DNA of 64,000 nucleotides, taken from positions 96,108-160,107 of the forward strand of contig OZ244595.1 of assembly GCA_965218235.1 (NCBI GenBank), read 5' to 3'. This stretch comes from Thermomicrobiales bacterium (GTDB taxonomy: Bacteria > Chloroflexota > Chloroflexia > Thermomicrobiales > UBA6265). Positions 37,324 through 46,025 of this stretch are shown here, one piece after another; positions within the stretch are counted from its first letter, which is position 1; each line of letters starts with the position of its first letter. A model generated the notes under the pieces. It made no database searches, was not told the origin of the DNA, and saw only the letters and a list, made by a program, of their open reading frames with translations. The position numbers and the translations under genes were made by a program.

Positions 37324-38286
37324 ATGCGATATGGCTTGTTCGTCCCACAGGGCTGGCGGATGGATCTCATCGAGATCGCGGATCCGGTCGAGCAGTACGA
37401 GGCCATGACCAACGTCGGCAAGGTCGCGGACGAGGGGCCGTGGGACAGCATCTGGGTCTACGACCACTTCCACACCGTCCCAAAGCCGACCGACAACACC
37501 GTCTTCGAGGCCTGGACCGCGACGGCAACGCTGGCCCGTGACACCAAGCGGATCAACGTCGGTCAGATGGTGACCTGCAACGGCTACCGCAACCCCGCGC
37601 TCTGGGCCAAGATCGCCTCGACGGTCGATGTCGCCGCTCACGGCCGGCTCTACGCGGGCTACGGTGCCGGCTGGTATGAGCACGAGTGGAAGGCCTACGG
37701 CTACGGCTTCCCGGAGACGCGTGACCGGATGCGCGCCTTCCGCGAGGGGGTCGAGATCATCCACAAGATGTGGACCGAGGACAAGCCGACCTTCAAGGGC
37801 GAGTACTACTCGATCGACGAGCCGATCAACGAGCCGAAGGGCGTGCGCAAGCCGCACCCATCACTCTGGATCGGCGGCGGCGGCGAGCAGGTCACCCTCA
37901 AGCTGGTCGCCCGGTTCGCCAACGCCTGCAACCTTGGCGGCCCGCCGGAGCAGATCGCCCACAAGCTCGAAGTCCTGAAGGGCCACTGTGAGACGGTCGG
38001 CCGGAACTACGATGAGATCATCCGGAGCTCCTCGACCAACGTCTTCCTCCTCCAGGAGGGCGACAACGCCGAGTCGGCGACCGAGAAGGCCCGCGGCGCG
38101 ATCGGCGCCACCTTCGAGGACTTCCAGAAGGACTTCGTTGTCGGCACCCCGGACAAGGTCGTCGCAGCACTCAAGGAGAAGAGCGATGTCGGAATCGACT
38201 ACCAGCTGATCTACATGCCGCGGATCGCGTATGACCACAGCATGATCCAGCAGTTCGCCGAGCAGGTCATGCCGCAACTCGGCTAG
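37324..38286 (+). CDS. LLM-class F420-dependent oxidoreductase
   Basis: MRYGLFVPQGW, GAGWYEHEW and a 320-aa TIM-barrel length. GGAGCA lies upstream of ATG 37324. Confidence 0.85.
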   Translation: MRYGLFVPQGWRMDLIEIADPVEQYEAMTNVGKVADEGPWDSIWVYDHFHTVPKPTDNTVFEAWTATATLARDTKRINVGQMVTCNGYRNPALWAKIASTVDVAAHGRLYAGYGAGWYEHEWKAYGYGFPETRDRMRAFREGVEIIHKMWTEDKPTFKGEYYSIDEPINEPKGVRKPHPSLWIGGGGEQVTLKLVARFANACNLGGPPEQIAHKLEVLKGHCETVGRNYDEIIRSSSTNVFLLQEGDNAESATEKARGAIGATFEDFQKDFVVGTPDKVVAALKEKSDVGIDYQLIYMPRIAYDHSMIQQFAEQVMPQLG

Positions 38287-38407
38287 ACGCGACCTGTCGG
38301 ACACGCCGATCGTTCCGGGACACTCCCGGCAGTGGTGCCCAGGCATCGCGGCCGGGAGTACCCGTTGTGGTCCAGTGCGCGACTGATACGGAATCCGCGT
38401 AAAGACT

Positions 38408-38487
38408 CCCCTCTCCGGGCCTGGTGAGTCGAGATCGCCTCCAGGTGATCGAGCGAACCGGGAGCCGGGGAGGGGCTGGGGGAGGGG
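38408..38487 (+). repeat. C-rich/G-rich intergenic hairpin element, copy D
   Basis: CCCCTCTCCGGGC - inner hairpin CCTGG..CCAGG - GAACCGGGAGCCGGGGAGGGGCTGGGGGAGGGG. Confidence 0.55.
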
Positions 38488-38594
38488 TCGGTTCGCCGCC
38501 CGCACCTGGCGCTTGACACCCAGAGTGTTCAACCGGATTTCGTATGAATCCAGCGGAGAGACGTCATACTGCCAGGGACCAACGCATCCCCAGA

Positions 38595-38626
38595 GCCGGT
38601 CGGCCGGTCGGCCGGTCGGCCGGTTG
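38595..38626 (+). repeat. 8-bp tandem repeat (GCCGGTCG)x3 + GCCGGTTG
   Basis: Read directly from the sequence, in the intergenic leader of the metallopeptidase gene. Confidence 0.8.
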
Positions 38627-38678
38627 CTCCCGACGTCGTCATCATCCTCGATCACGCTCTCACCGCTGGAGATTGGTT

Positions 38679-39953
38679 ATGTCCGGTCCGAGCCCGCTCC
38701 CACGCCTGCTCCTCCTGTTCGTCGTCATGGCCCTGCCTGGCGGCCTCCTCGCGCCGGTCAGTCATGGATCCGCCTCAACCCTGACACCGGCCACCCAGTT
38801 CGCGGGCCGCGTCCAACGGGCGCTGTCGCAGAGCCAGACCGGCACCGGCGAGCCAGCGATCGGGCGGTCCAAGTATGAGAGCCCGCTCGGCTTCACCCTC
38901 GACTGGGGCCGCGGCTGGGATCTGGACCGGTCGACCGCTGTCTACGGAGTGGACCTGGCCGTCTTCCAGAACGACGCGGATCTTTCCCTCCAGGTCTGGG
39001 GCTTCATGAACTTCGGTGGGGACGCCGATGTCTGCCTCGATCAGATGACGGACTTCTACCCACAGGTCTTCGACATCGCGGACCTCTCCCCGCTCCGCAA
39101 CGGGGTTGACGACCCGATCGGACCCGGTGAGGACATCGCGTTCCAGGCGTTCGAGTACACCGAATCCCCTCGTGACGAGTCGGGCCAGCGCCTCTACCTC
39201 GGCTGCCAGACACTGACGCCGGGCGAGTCGGTCATCGTCATCGGCCTGTCCAGCACGGAGGCGGACTTCGACGACAGCCTCGCGGCCGCCGATGACTTCC
39301 TGGACGACAGCCTCGCGGTCGAGCCGCAGTCGCTCGACGTCGACGGGTTCTCGGACCGGACAACAGCCGTCAGCAGGGACATCGACCGCTTCTACCGGCG
39401 GTCGCTCCGGATCGAGGGCAAGGACGACTACTCCAGGCCGGACTACGAGACCTTCACCGAACCGACCGAGTCGCCGTGCTTCTCGACGACGCTCGACGGC
39501 AGCCCACCCGACCGCAACGCCCTGCGGGACCCTGGAGTCGGACCGGCCTACTGCGGGGCCGACGAGCGGATTCTGGTCGATGCACCCTGGATGCTGACCT
39601 ACATCATCCCACGGGCCGGCGACGTCGCCCTGGCGGCGATCCTCGCCCACGAGTCCGGCCACCATCTCCAGGGTCTGACCGGCTGGGACCGTGGGTTCGA
39701 CTACGGCGATCCGAAGGACACCTTCATCGCCGAGCAGCAGGCCGACTGCCTGTCCGGCTCCTACATCCGCTCAACCGTCCTCCGCGGGATCTACCGGGAG
39801 AGCGATGTCGACTCGGTCCGCTCGCTCATGAACGACATCGGCGGTTTCGAGGCCGGGGTCGACCACGGCACGGGCGAAGAGCGCGTCGACGCGTTCAACC
39901 TCGGCTACGACGACGGCTTCGCCGCGTGTGGGTTGTACGACCGGCGCGCCTGA
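38679..39953 (+). CDS. secreted protein with C-terminal YpfJ-like putative neutral zinc metallopeptidase domain
   Basis: The signal peptide is MSGPSPLPRLLLLFVVMALPGG. HExxH lies in AILAHESGHHLQG, followed by EQQADCLSGSY, as in PF04228-type proteins. The N-terminal ~280 aa were not recognised. Confidence 0.7.
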   Translation: MSGPSPLPRLLLLFVVMALPGGLLAPVSHGSASTLTPATQFAGRVQRALSQSQTGTGEPAIGRSKYESPLGFTLDWGRGWDLDRSTAVYGVDLAVFQNDADLSLQVWGFMNFGGDADVCLDQMTDFYPQVFDIADLSPLRNGVDDPIGPGEDIAFQAFEYTESPRDESGQRLYLGCQTLTPGESVIVIGLSSTEADFDDSLAAADDFLDDSLAVEPQSLDVDGFSDRTTAVSRDIDRFYRRSLRIEGKDDYSRPDYETFTEPTESPCFSTTLDGSPPDRNALRDPGVGPAYCGADERILVDAPWMLTYIIPRAGDVALAAILAHESGHHLQGLTGWDRGFDYGDPKDTFIAEQQADCLSGSYIRSTVLRGIYRESDVDSVRSLMNDIGGFEAGVDHGTGEERVDAFNLGYDDGFAACGLYDRRA

Positions 39954-40204
39954 GCGCCGCCGAACGCGCTCGGACCCTCTACAGGTGACCGGTGCCGGCG
40001 CGGCACGATCGCGGAGCGGCTGACTCGGCCAGGCGCGCCAGCCGCTCCGTCGGATTGGGCAGGGCGGTCGTCGCCGGGCATAATTGGCGGGTTACTGTTC
40101 CTGACGGTCTCACCATCGCCGTGCTTCGACCGCCTGGCCGGCCGCCGTGCCGTCTCAAGTCGCGTCGATCTCTCGGGATCGCCGCCGCCGGAGTTCGCCG
40201 CCTC

Positions 40205-41248
40205 GTGACATCCGCCCCAGAGAAGACCGACTCCACCCGCGGCCAGCGCGCCAGCCGCTCCCGGTTCGTCAGCGGCGTCTTCCTCGTCCGGGTCCGTCGC
40301 GCCGAAGAAGACCAGTTCGCCCGGCTCCTCGTCCGGATCGCCGCCCGCCAGCGCCAGGCCGAGACCCTCGAAGAGGAGATCGTCGCCCTCCGTCAGCTCC
40401 TCAGTGCCTTCTCCAGCGCCGTCCTTGGCCGCGTCGACTCCCTGCTGACCGAAGTCCGGCAGGCCCGGATCGTCGTCTCCGACCTCGAGAACAGCCTGGC
40501 CCAGCAGGACGAGCTCTACGATCCCGAGCTGGCCGACGTCCTCGCGCGGCTGGCCGAGCAATGGACCGGTCTGCTGATGAGCGGGTCGCACCGGCTGCCG
40601 AACGATGGCGAGGCGCCCGAGGCGCCGAGCTACAACCGGACCGGAATCCCCATCGGCGGGCCGGCCGAGGAGCATGGCGGGGACGGCTCGGAGGACGAGG
40701 AGGCGCTGATGGGCCGCGGTGCCCGCCAGAGCACCCCGCAGCGCGAAGCCGCCCGTCGCGAGGCCCAGGCGCTCTACCGCGACCTCGCCCGCCGGTATCA
40801 CCCTGACTGGGCGAGCAGCGAGGACGACCGCTCCCGCCGCGAGGCGATCATGCAGCGCGTGAATGTCGCCTACGCCGACCTCGACCTCGTTCAGCTCCGC
40901 CGGTTCGCGCGCGAGATCGACCCGACGAGCGTCGCCGAGCGGACGATCGAGGACAAGATCGTCTGGGCCGAGGCCGAGATCGACCGGCTGGCCCGACTGA
41001 TCGACGGACAGCAGGACGAGCTAGCCCGCCTCCAGGACACGCGGGCCTACAAGCTCTGGCTGCAGCAACAGGCCGGCGAGGCGGTCTTCGCTCGAGTCGA
41101 GCGCGACCTGAGCCGCGAACGCTTCCGGCTTGCCCGTCGGCTCCGCGAGCTCCGCCGCCAGGCTGAGCGGAGCAAACCATCCAGTGCGCCGCCCAAGCCC
41201 GAACCACCTCGCCGCCGCCTGCTCAACGGCGTTCGCCGCCGAGCCTGA
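40205..41248 (+). CDS. J-domain (DnaJ-like) protein with coiled-coil flanks; start uncertain
   Basis: The J-domain core is EAQALYRDLARRYHPDWASSEDDRSRREAIMQRVNVAYADL (HPD motif). The track ORF starts at 39992. The GTG at 40205 (GGAG upstream) is my preferred minimal start. Confidence 0.65.
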   Translation: MTSAPEKTDSTRGQRASRSRFVSGVFLVRVRRAEEDQFARLLVRIAARQRQAETLEEEIVALRQLLSAFSSAVLGRVDSLLTEVRQARIVVSDLENSLAQQDELYDPELADVLARLAEQWTGLLMSGSHRLPNDGEAPEAPSYNRTGIPIGGPAEEHGGDGSEDEEALMGRGARQSTPQREAARREAQALYRDLARRYHPDWASSEDDRSRREAIMQRVNVAYADLDLVQLRRFAREIDPTSVAERTIEDKIVWAEAEIDRLARLIDGQQDELARLQDTRAYKLWLQQQAGEAVFARVERDLSRERFRLARRLRELRRQAERSKPSSAPPKPEPPRRRLLNGVRRRA

Positions 41249-41524
41249 CCGGCAGCGTCAATGGCACCGTAATACGGAATCCAAGGAATGCCCGTGCGGA
41301 TCCGGACGTCCATGACCGGCCGACCCAGAGGCGATCCGCGATCGCCAGGTACTCATCCGAATTCAGAATAACGCTGAGCAAAATGGGCTGTTGTCCATCG
41401 CGCTCCGGGCAACATCCCGTCCAGCTGAGCTCCCGCGAACCGGTTGACGCGGACCGGACTGGCGCGGACGATCACCACCGGAAACCGGATGGCCGCGACG
41501 ATCAGACCGAGAGGACCATCGTCC

Positions 41525-41977
41525 ATGGAATGGATCACCCGAACCGGAGCCCGTCTCGACCGCGCCGCCATGATCTGGCTGATCCGCAACCGGATCGACC
41601 CGGACGCGACGATCACCTTCCTGCCGGAGGCCGACGTCATGGCAACGGCGGAGGAGCGCGGCGCGACCGCGTTCCACCACCCGCAGGCGGAGCTGCGGAA
41701 CACCGGTCTCCGAACCGGCTTCGATGCCCTGCTCTACCGTTACGATCTGACCGATCCGGCGCTGACCACGATGTCTCTCGCCCTGCGGGGAGCCGAGACG
41801 AACGATCGGCAGCTCACGCCATGGTCGGTCGGGGTCCGGGCCGTCGGCCTCGGGCTCCGGGCACTCCACGAGGAAGACTCCGCGTTCGTCGCCGCCGTCG
41901 GCACCGTCCTCGATGGGCTCCATCAGTTCTGCGTCGAGCTGACAAACCCAGTGGCTGCTCCGAACAGGGGAAATTGA
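41525..41977 (+). CDS. chromate-resistance (ChrB C-terminal, Chrome_Resist-like) domain protein
   Basis: MEWITRTGARLDRAAMIWLIRNRIDPDATITFL matches the W.TR...DR.A..WLI.RFIDP pattern. The track start is at 41444. Confidence 0.6.
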   Translation: MEWITRTGARLDRAAMIWLIRNRIDPDATITFLPEADVMATAEERGATAFHHPQAELRNTGLRTGFDALLYRYDLTDPALTTMSLALRGAETNDRQLTPWSVGVRAVGLGLRALHEEDSAFVAAVGTVLDGLHQFCVELTNPVAAPNRGN

Positions 41978-42076
41978 ACGCGCTCCAACCCGCCCGGCCG
42001 CTACTCCCTTCCGGGCAATCGGCAATCAAAACGCCGCCCCTGGCACGCGAGGCGTCGAACGGCCGCAACCCGCAGA

Positions 42077-42105
42077 TTGACAGGCTCCCCGCGGGTCGGT
42101 ACGGT
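42077..42105 (+). promoter_or_regulatory. sigma70-like promoter candidate upstream of the BNR-repeat gene
   Basis: -35 TTGACA (42077-42082), a 17-nt spacer, then -10 TACGGT (42100-42105). It would give a ~165-nt leader. Confidence 0.4.
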
Positions 42106-42273
42106 GCTGGGTGTTAACGTCCTCAATCGTGATCGGTGGTTCGAACGCGCCGTGGCCGGATCCGGTTATCCCGCTCGCGGAACGGGACCGTGGTCTCGCC
42201 GTGAGCGGCTCATCGAATCGACCGTGCCGAATACCGGCGGCGACCTCCGGCCTCACTACCGAAAGGGTCTCTC

Positions 42274-45200
42274 GTGACCAGACTGCAGGACATTGAAGGC
42301 GTCTCCCGCTGGCGTTCCGTCGGGCCGTTCCGGGGCGGACGCGTTGTCACCGTCGCCGGGAGTTACCACGACGAGAACACCTTCTACTTCGGCGGCGTCG
42401 CCGGGGGCGTCTGGAAGACGACCGACGCCGGGCTGTACTGGAAACCGGTCTCGGACGGATTCTTCCGGACGTCCTCCGTCGGGGCCGTGGCCGTCGCGCC
42501 GTCGGACTCCAACGTCATCTACGCCGGCACCGGCGAGACGACGATCCGGATCGACGTCTCCCATGGTGACGGGGTCTACAAGTCGACCGACGCTGGCACG
42601 ACCTGGAGCCATGTCGGCCTGACGGAGACCCGCCACATCGGCAAGATCAGGGTCCACCCGACCAACCCGGACGTAGCCTGGGTCGCGGCCTTCGGGCACG
42701 CCTTCGGACCGAACCCGGAGCGCGGCGTCTTCAAGACCGAGGATGGCGGCAAGAGCTGGCGCCACGTCCTGTTCATCTCGGACAAGGCCGGCGCCGTCGA
42801 CCTCTCCGTTGACGAGTCCAACCCACGCATCGTCTACGCGACGATCTGGGAGGCGTACCGGAACTTCTGGCAGATCAGCAGCGGTGGCCCGGAGAGCGGC
42901 CTCTGGCGCAGCCTCGACGGCGGCGAGACCTGGCAGGACATCACCCGCAACCGCGGGCTGCCGAAAGGGACACTCGGCAAGCTCGCCGTCGCGGCCTCCC
43001 CGGCCAGGACCGGCCGGGTCTGGGCACTGATCGAGCAGACGAAGGAAGGCGGTCTCTACCGCTCGGACGACTACGGTGTCACCTGGGAGCTGGTCAGCGA
43101 CAACCAGAACCTGATCAGCCGGGCCTGGTACTACGTCCACCTCACCGCCGACCCGGTCGACCCGGAGACGGTCTACGTCAATAATCTCGACTTCTACCGC
43201 AGCACCGACGGTGGCCGCACGTTCAGCGACATCGTCACGCCCCACGGCGACAACCACGATCTCTGGATCGATCCGAAGAACCCGCTCCGGATGATCCAGG
43301 GCAACGACGGTGGGGCCAACGTTTCCGTCGATGGCGGCTACACCTTCAGCACGATCTACAACCAGCCGACGGCCCAGTTCTACCACCTCGGCGTCAGCAA
43401 CGAGGAGCCGTACCACATCTACGGCACCCAGCAGGACAACAGTAGCCTGGCGGTTCCGGCCTGGACCAACACGTCGTCGATCACCTGGCAGCACGTCTAC
43501 GACGCCGGCAGCGGCGAGAGCGGCTACGTCGTCGTCAAGCCGGACGATCCGGACATCATCTACGTCGGCGCGATCGGCTCGTCGCCGGGCGGCGGCAACG
43601 CCCTCCAGCGCTACGACCGCCGGACCGACCAGATTCGCCTGATCACCTCCTGGCCGGAGTCCAAGACCGGCCTCGGCTCGAAGGCGCTGAAGCAGCGCTT
43701 CGCCTGGACCTACCCGATCGTCGTCTCGCCGCACGATGTCAACACGATCTACATCGGTGGCGACCGGGTCTACCGCTCGACCAACGAGGGCCAGAGCTGG
43801 GAACCGATCAGCCCCGATCTGACCCGGGCCGAACCACACACGCTCGAACCGTCCGGTGGCCCGGTCAACAAGGACGCCCTCGGCGCCGAGACCTACGCGA
43901 CGGTCTTCTCACTCATCGAGTCGCCGCACACGAAGGGCGTCCTCTGGGCCGGGTCGGACGACGGTCTGATCCACCTCAGCCCGGACGGCGGTGCCAGCTG
44001 GCGGAACGTCACCCCGCCCCAGTTCCAGGACTGGACGATGGTCAGCGGCATCGAGCCCTCACCGACCGACCCGGCGACCGTCTACGTCGCCGCTACCCGC
44101 TACAAGACCGACGACTACTCGCCGTACCTGTTCGTCACCCGCGACTCCGGCGCGAACTGGACCCGAATCGACGACGGCATCCCGGCCGGCGAGTTCACCC
44201 GCGTCATCCGGGCCGACCCGACAACGCCGGGGCTGCTCTACGCCGGGACCGAGCTCGGGGTCCACGTCTCGACCGACGACGGCTCGACCTGGTCACCCCT
44301 CCAGCTCAACCTGCCGGTCTCGCCGGTGCACGACCTGATCGTCAAGGGCACGGACCTGATCGCCGGCACCCACGGCCGCGCGATCTGGATCCTCGACGAC
44401 CTGACGCCGATCCGGCAGCTCGCAACCGGCGTCCCGGCCGCGACGACCTACCTGATGCCGCCTCGCGACACGCTCCGGATCCTGCCGGGCATCGACTGGA
44501 CCGGCAACGTCCTGACCACGACCAACTACATCGGCCGGACGCCGGGCGCCTTCACCGCCACCGTCGATGAGAACGGTACTCCGGTCCGGACGTACCTGGA
44601 TGTCGGCGAGAACCCGCCGAAGGGCGCAATCATCACGTACTTCCTGGCCGCGGCGCCGGAGCAGCCGCTGACGCTGACGTTCGCCAACGCTGCCGAGACG
44701 GAGGTCCGCCGCTACACCAGCCGGACCGACGACGACCCGGCAATCGCGAAGGAACTGCGCGCCCCAGCCGTGGTGGGCTGGAACCGCTTCGTCTGGGACC
44801 TCCACTGGGCACCGGTTACGAAAGTCGAGGGCGACGACCCGGTAGCCAGCGAGGCGATCTCCGGCCCGTTCGTCGCTCCGGGTGACTTCACCGTCACCCT
44901 GAAGGTCGGCGGGACGGAGCTGACGCAAGGCTTCAAGGTGGTCAAACCGTCGAACCGGCCGGCGAGCCAGGCGGACCTCGATGCCCAGGAGGCGCTCCTC
45001 CTGAAGATCCACGCCCAGCTCGACCGGACCGCGAAGGCGCTCAATCGGATGCGCGACCTGCGCGGCCAGCTGTCGGACTGGAGCAAGCGCGCGAAGACCC
45101 GGGACGGCGCGGCCGACTTCGCCAGCGCCGCCGACCGACTGCGTGAGCAGATCCTCGAGATCGAGTCGACGATCGCCGTCCCGGACCTCCGGCCCGGCTG

Positions 45201-45528
45201 GGGCGACCGCAACAACGCCGGAACCAAGCTGATGGCGCAGCTGGCCGGGGTCGGCCCGGCCGTCCAGCTCGGCGACTACCGACCGACCGACCAGGCCGCC
45301 GAAGCCGTCACCGAACTGACCGCCGAGATCGAGGCGGAGATCTCTCGCTTCGAACAGGCGATCGCCGAAGCCATTCCGGCCCTCAACGCCCAGGCAGGTT
45401 CGGCGGGATTCGGCATCATCACCGACGCCAGCTGGCCGCACGCCGACCAGGCGCCAGCCACCCCTCCCGACCCGGCCATCACCGGCGGCACCGTCGAGGG
45501 CCACGAGACCACGCCACCGATCGCGTAA
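42274..45528 (+). CDS. large BNR/Asp-box repeat beta-propeller protein (sortilin/VPS10-like, often annotated glycosyl hydrolase BNR repeat)
   Basis: It has many S-x-D-x-G-x-T-W boxes: STDAGTTW, TEDGGKSW, SLDGGETW, SDDYGVTW, STDGGRTF, STNEGQSW, SPDGGASW, TRDSGANW, STDDGSTW. Length is 1084 aa. Confidence 0.85.
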   Translation: MTRLQDIEGVSRWRSVGPFRGGRVVTVAGSYHDENTFYFGGVAGGVWKTTDAGLYWKPVSDGFFRTSSVGAVAVAPSDSNVIYAGTGETTIRIDVSHGDGVYKSTDAGTTWSHVGLTETRHIGKIRVHPTNPDVAWVAAFGHAFGPNPERGVFKTEDGGKSWRHVLFISDKAGAVDLSVDESNPRIVYATIWEAYRNFWQISSGGPESGLWRSLDGGETWQDITRNRGLPKGTLGKLAVAASPARTGRVWALIEQTKEGGLYRSDDYGVTWELVSDNQNLISRAWYYVHLTADPVDPETVYVNNLDFYRSTDGGRTFSDIVTPHGDNHDLWIDPKNPLRMIQGNDGGANVSVDGGYTFSTIYNQPTAQFYHLGVSNEEPYHIYGTQQDNSSLAVPAWTNTSSITWQHVYDAGSGESGYVVVKPDDPDIIYVGAIGSSPGGGNALQRYDRRTDQIRLITSWPESKTGLGSKALKQRFAWTYPIVVSPHDVNTIYIGGDRVYRSTNEGQSWEPISPDLTRAEPHTLEPSGGPVNKDALGAETYATVFSLIESPHTKGVLWAGSDDGLIHLSPDGGASWRNVTPPQFQDWTMVSGIEPSPTDPATVYVAATRYKTDDYSPYLFVTRDSGANWTRIDDGIPAGEFTRVIRADPTTPGLLYAGTELGVHVSTDDGSTWSPLQLNLPVSPVHDLIVKGTDLIAGTHGRAIWILDDLTPIRQLATGVPAATTYLMPPRDTLRILPGIDWTGNVLTTTNYIGRTPGAFTATVDENGTPVRTYLDVGENPPKGAIITYFLAAAPEQPLTLTFANAAETEVRRYTSRTDDDPAIAKELRAPAVVGWNRFVWDLHWAPVTKVEGDDPVASEAISGPFVAPGDFTVTLKVGGTELTQGFKVVKPSNRPASQADLDAQEALLLKIHAQLDRTAKALNRMRDLRGQLSDWSKRAKTRDGAADFASAADRLREQILEIESTIAVPDLRPGWGDRNNAGTKLMAQLAGVGPAVQLGDYRPTDQAAEAVTELTAEIEAEISRFEQAIAEAIPALNAQAGSAGFGIITDASWPHADQAPATPPDPAITGGTVEGHETTPPIA

Positions 45529-45668
45529 CCTCGGCAAAGCATCCATCCCGGTCTCGGTTGTTCCGAACGAGATGATCGAGCCGCGACGGCCTGGCTCGTA
45601 AACGTCGCCCCTCCATTGCAGCACCTCAGCGGAGGGCGTTCCGCTACAGGGATATCATCGACAGCTCG

Positions 45669-45950
45669 TTACTCGCAGCGCTCCCTCAACCACCGCTGGA
45701 TCGCGGCCGTCCGGGTCGCAACTCCGAATCAACGGACGATCCAGCGGCGGTGGGCACTGACCGAAGGTGCGGGCGCTGACAAGGTGCAGGCGCTGACGAA
45801 GAGCCGGTGGGCGATGTCGGCGTTGCTCAGGCCCTCCGACAGGAGAACGATGACCTCCCGTTCCCGCGGCGCCCCCACCGGCCAGTCCCGAAAAAAGAAA
45901 TCGGGAAGGTTTCGCGGTCGCCTCACAACCGGATGGTCTGGACTTTGCAT
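45669..45950 (-). pseudogene. small LuxR/GerE-type HTH gene with an in-frame TGA and an internal 21-nt imperfect duplication
   Basis: MQSPDHP...REREVIVLLSEGLSNADIAHRLFVSACTLSAPAPSVSAHRRWIVR*FGVATRTAAIQRWLRERCE*. The GerE pattern L..RE.EVL.L...G.SN.EIA..L..S..TV..H...I..KLGV..R is recognisable on both sides of the TGA (45729-45731). Confidence 0.6.
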
Positions 45951-46025
45951 CGCTTCCGGCACACGATTCGCGGCTGCCAGGCCGCGACGCAACCTGGACA
46001 ATCCGCCAAACCGGCAGGAGCAGAC

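Noticed and set aside
41330-41345. GCGATCCGCGATCGC (HIP1-like GCGATCGC palindrome)
   Set aside because: GCGATCGC is expected by chance at appreciable frequency in DNA this GC-rich. I saw no over-representation or positional pattern.
42256-45624. 527-aa and 443-aa ORFs on the - strand (42256..43839, 44293..45624)
   Set aside because: They are antisense to the 1084-aa BNR/Asp-box protein, whose repeated SxDxGxTW motifs prove the + frame.
24732-45731. Stop-codon reassignment (TAG or TGA read as sense) as an explanation for the in-frame stops in aspS and the LuxR-type gene
   Set aside because: Both codons terminate many well-supported genes in this window at positions matching the expected protein lengths. 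TAG does so at 20720, 38286, 49824 and 63177. TGA does so at 23231, 28485 and 48838. A global code change is therefore not supported.
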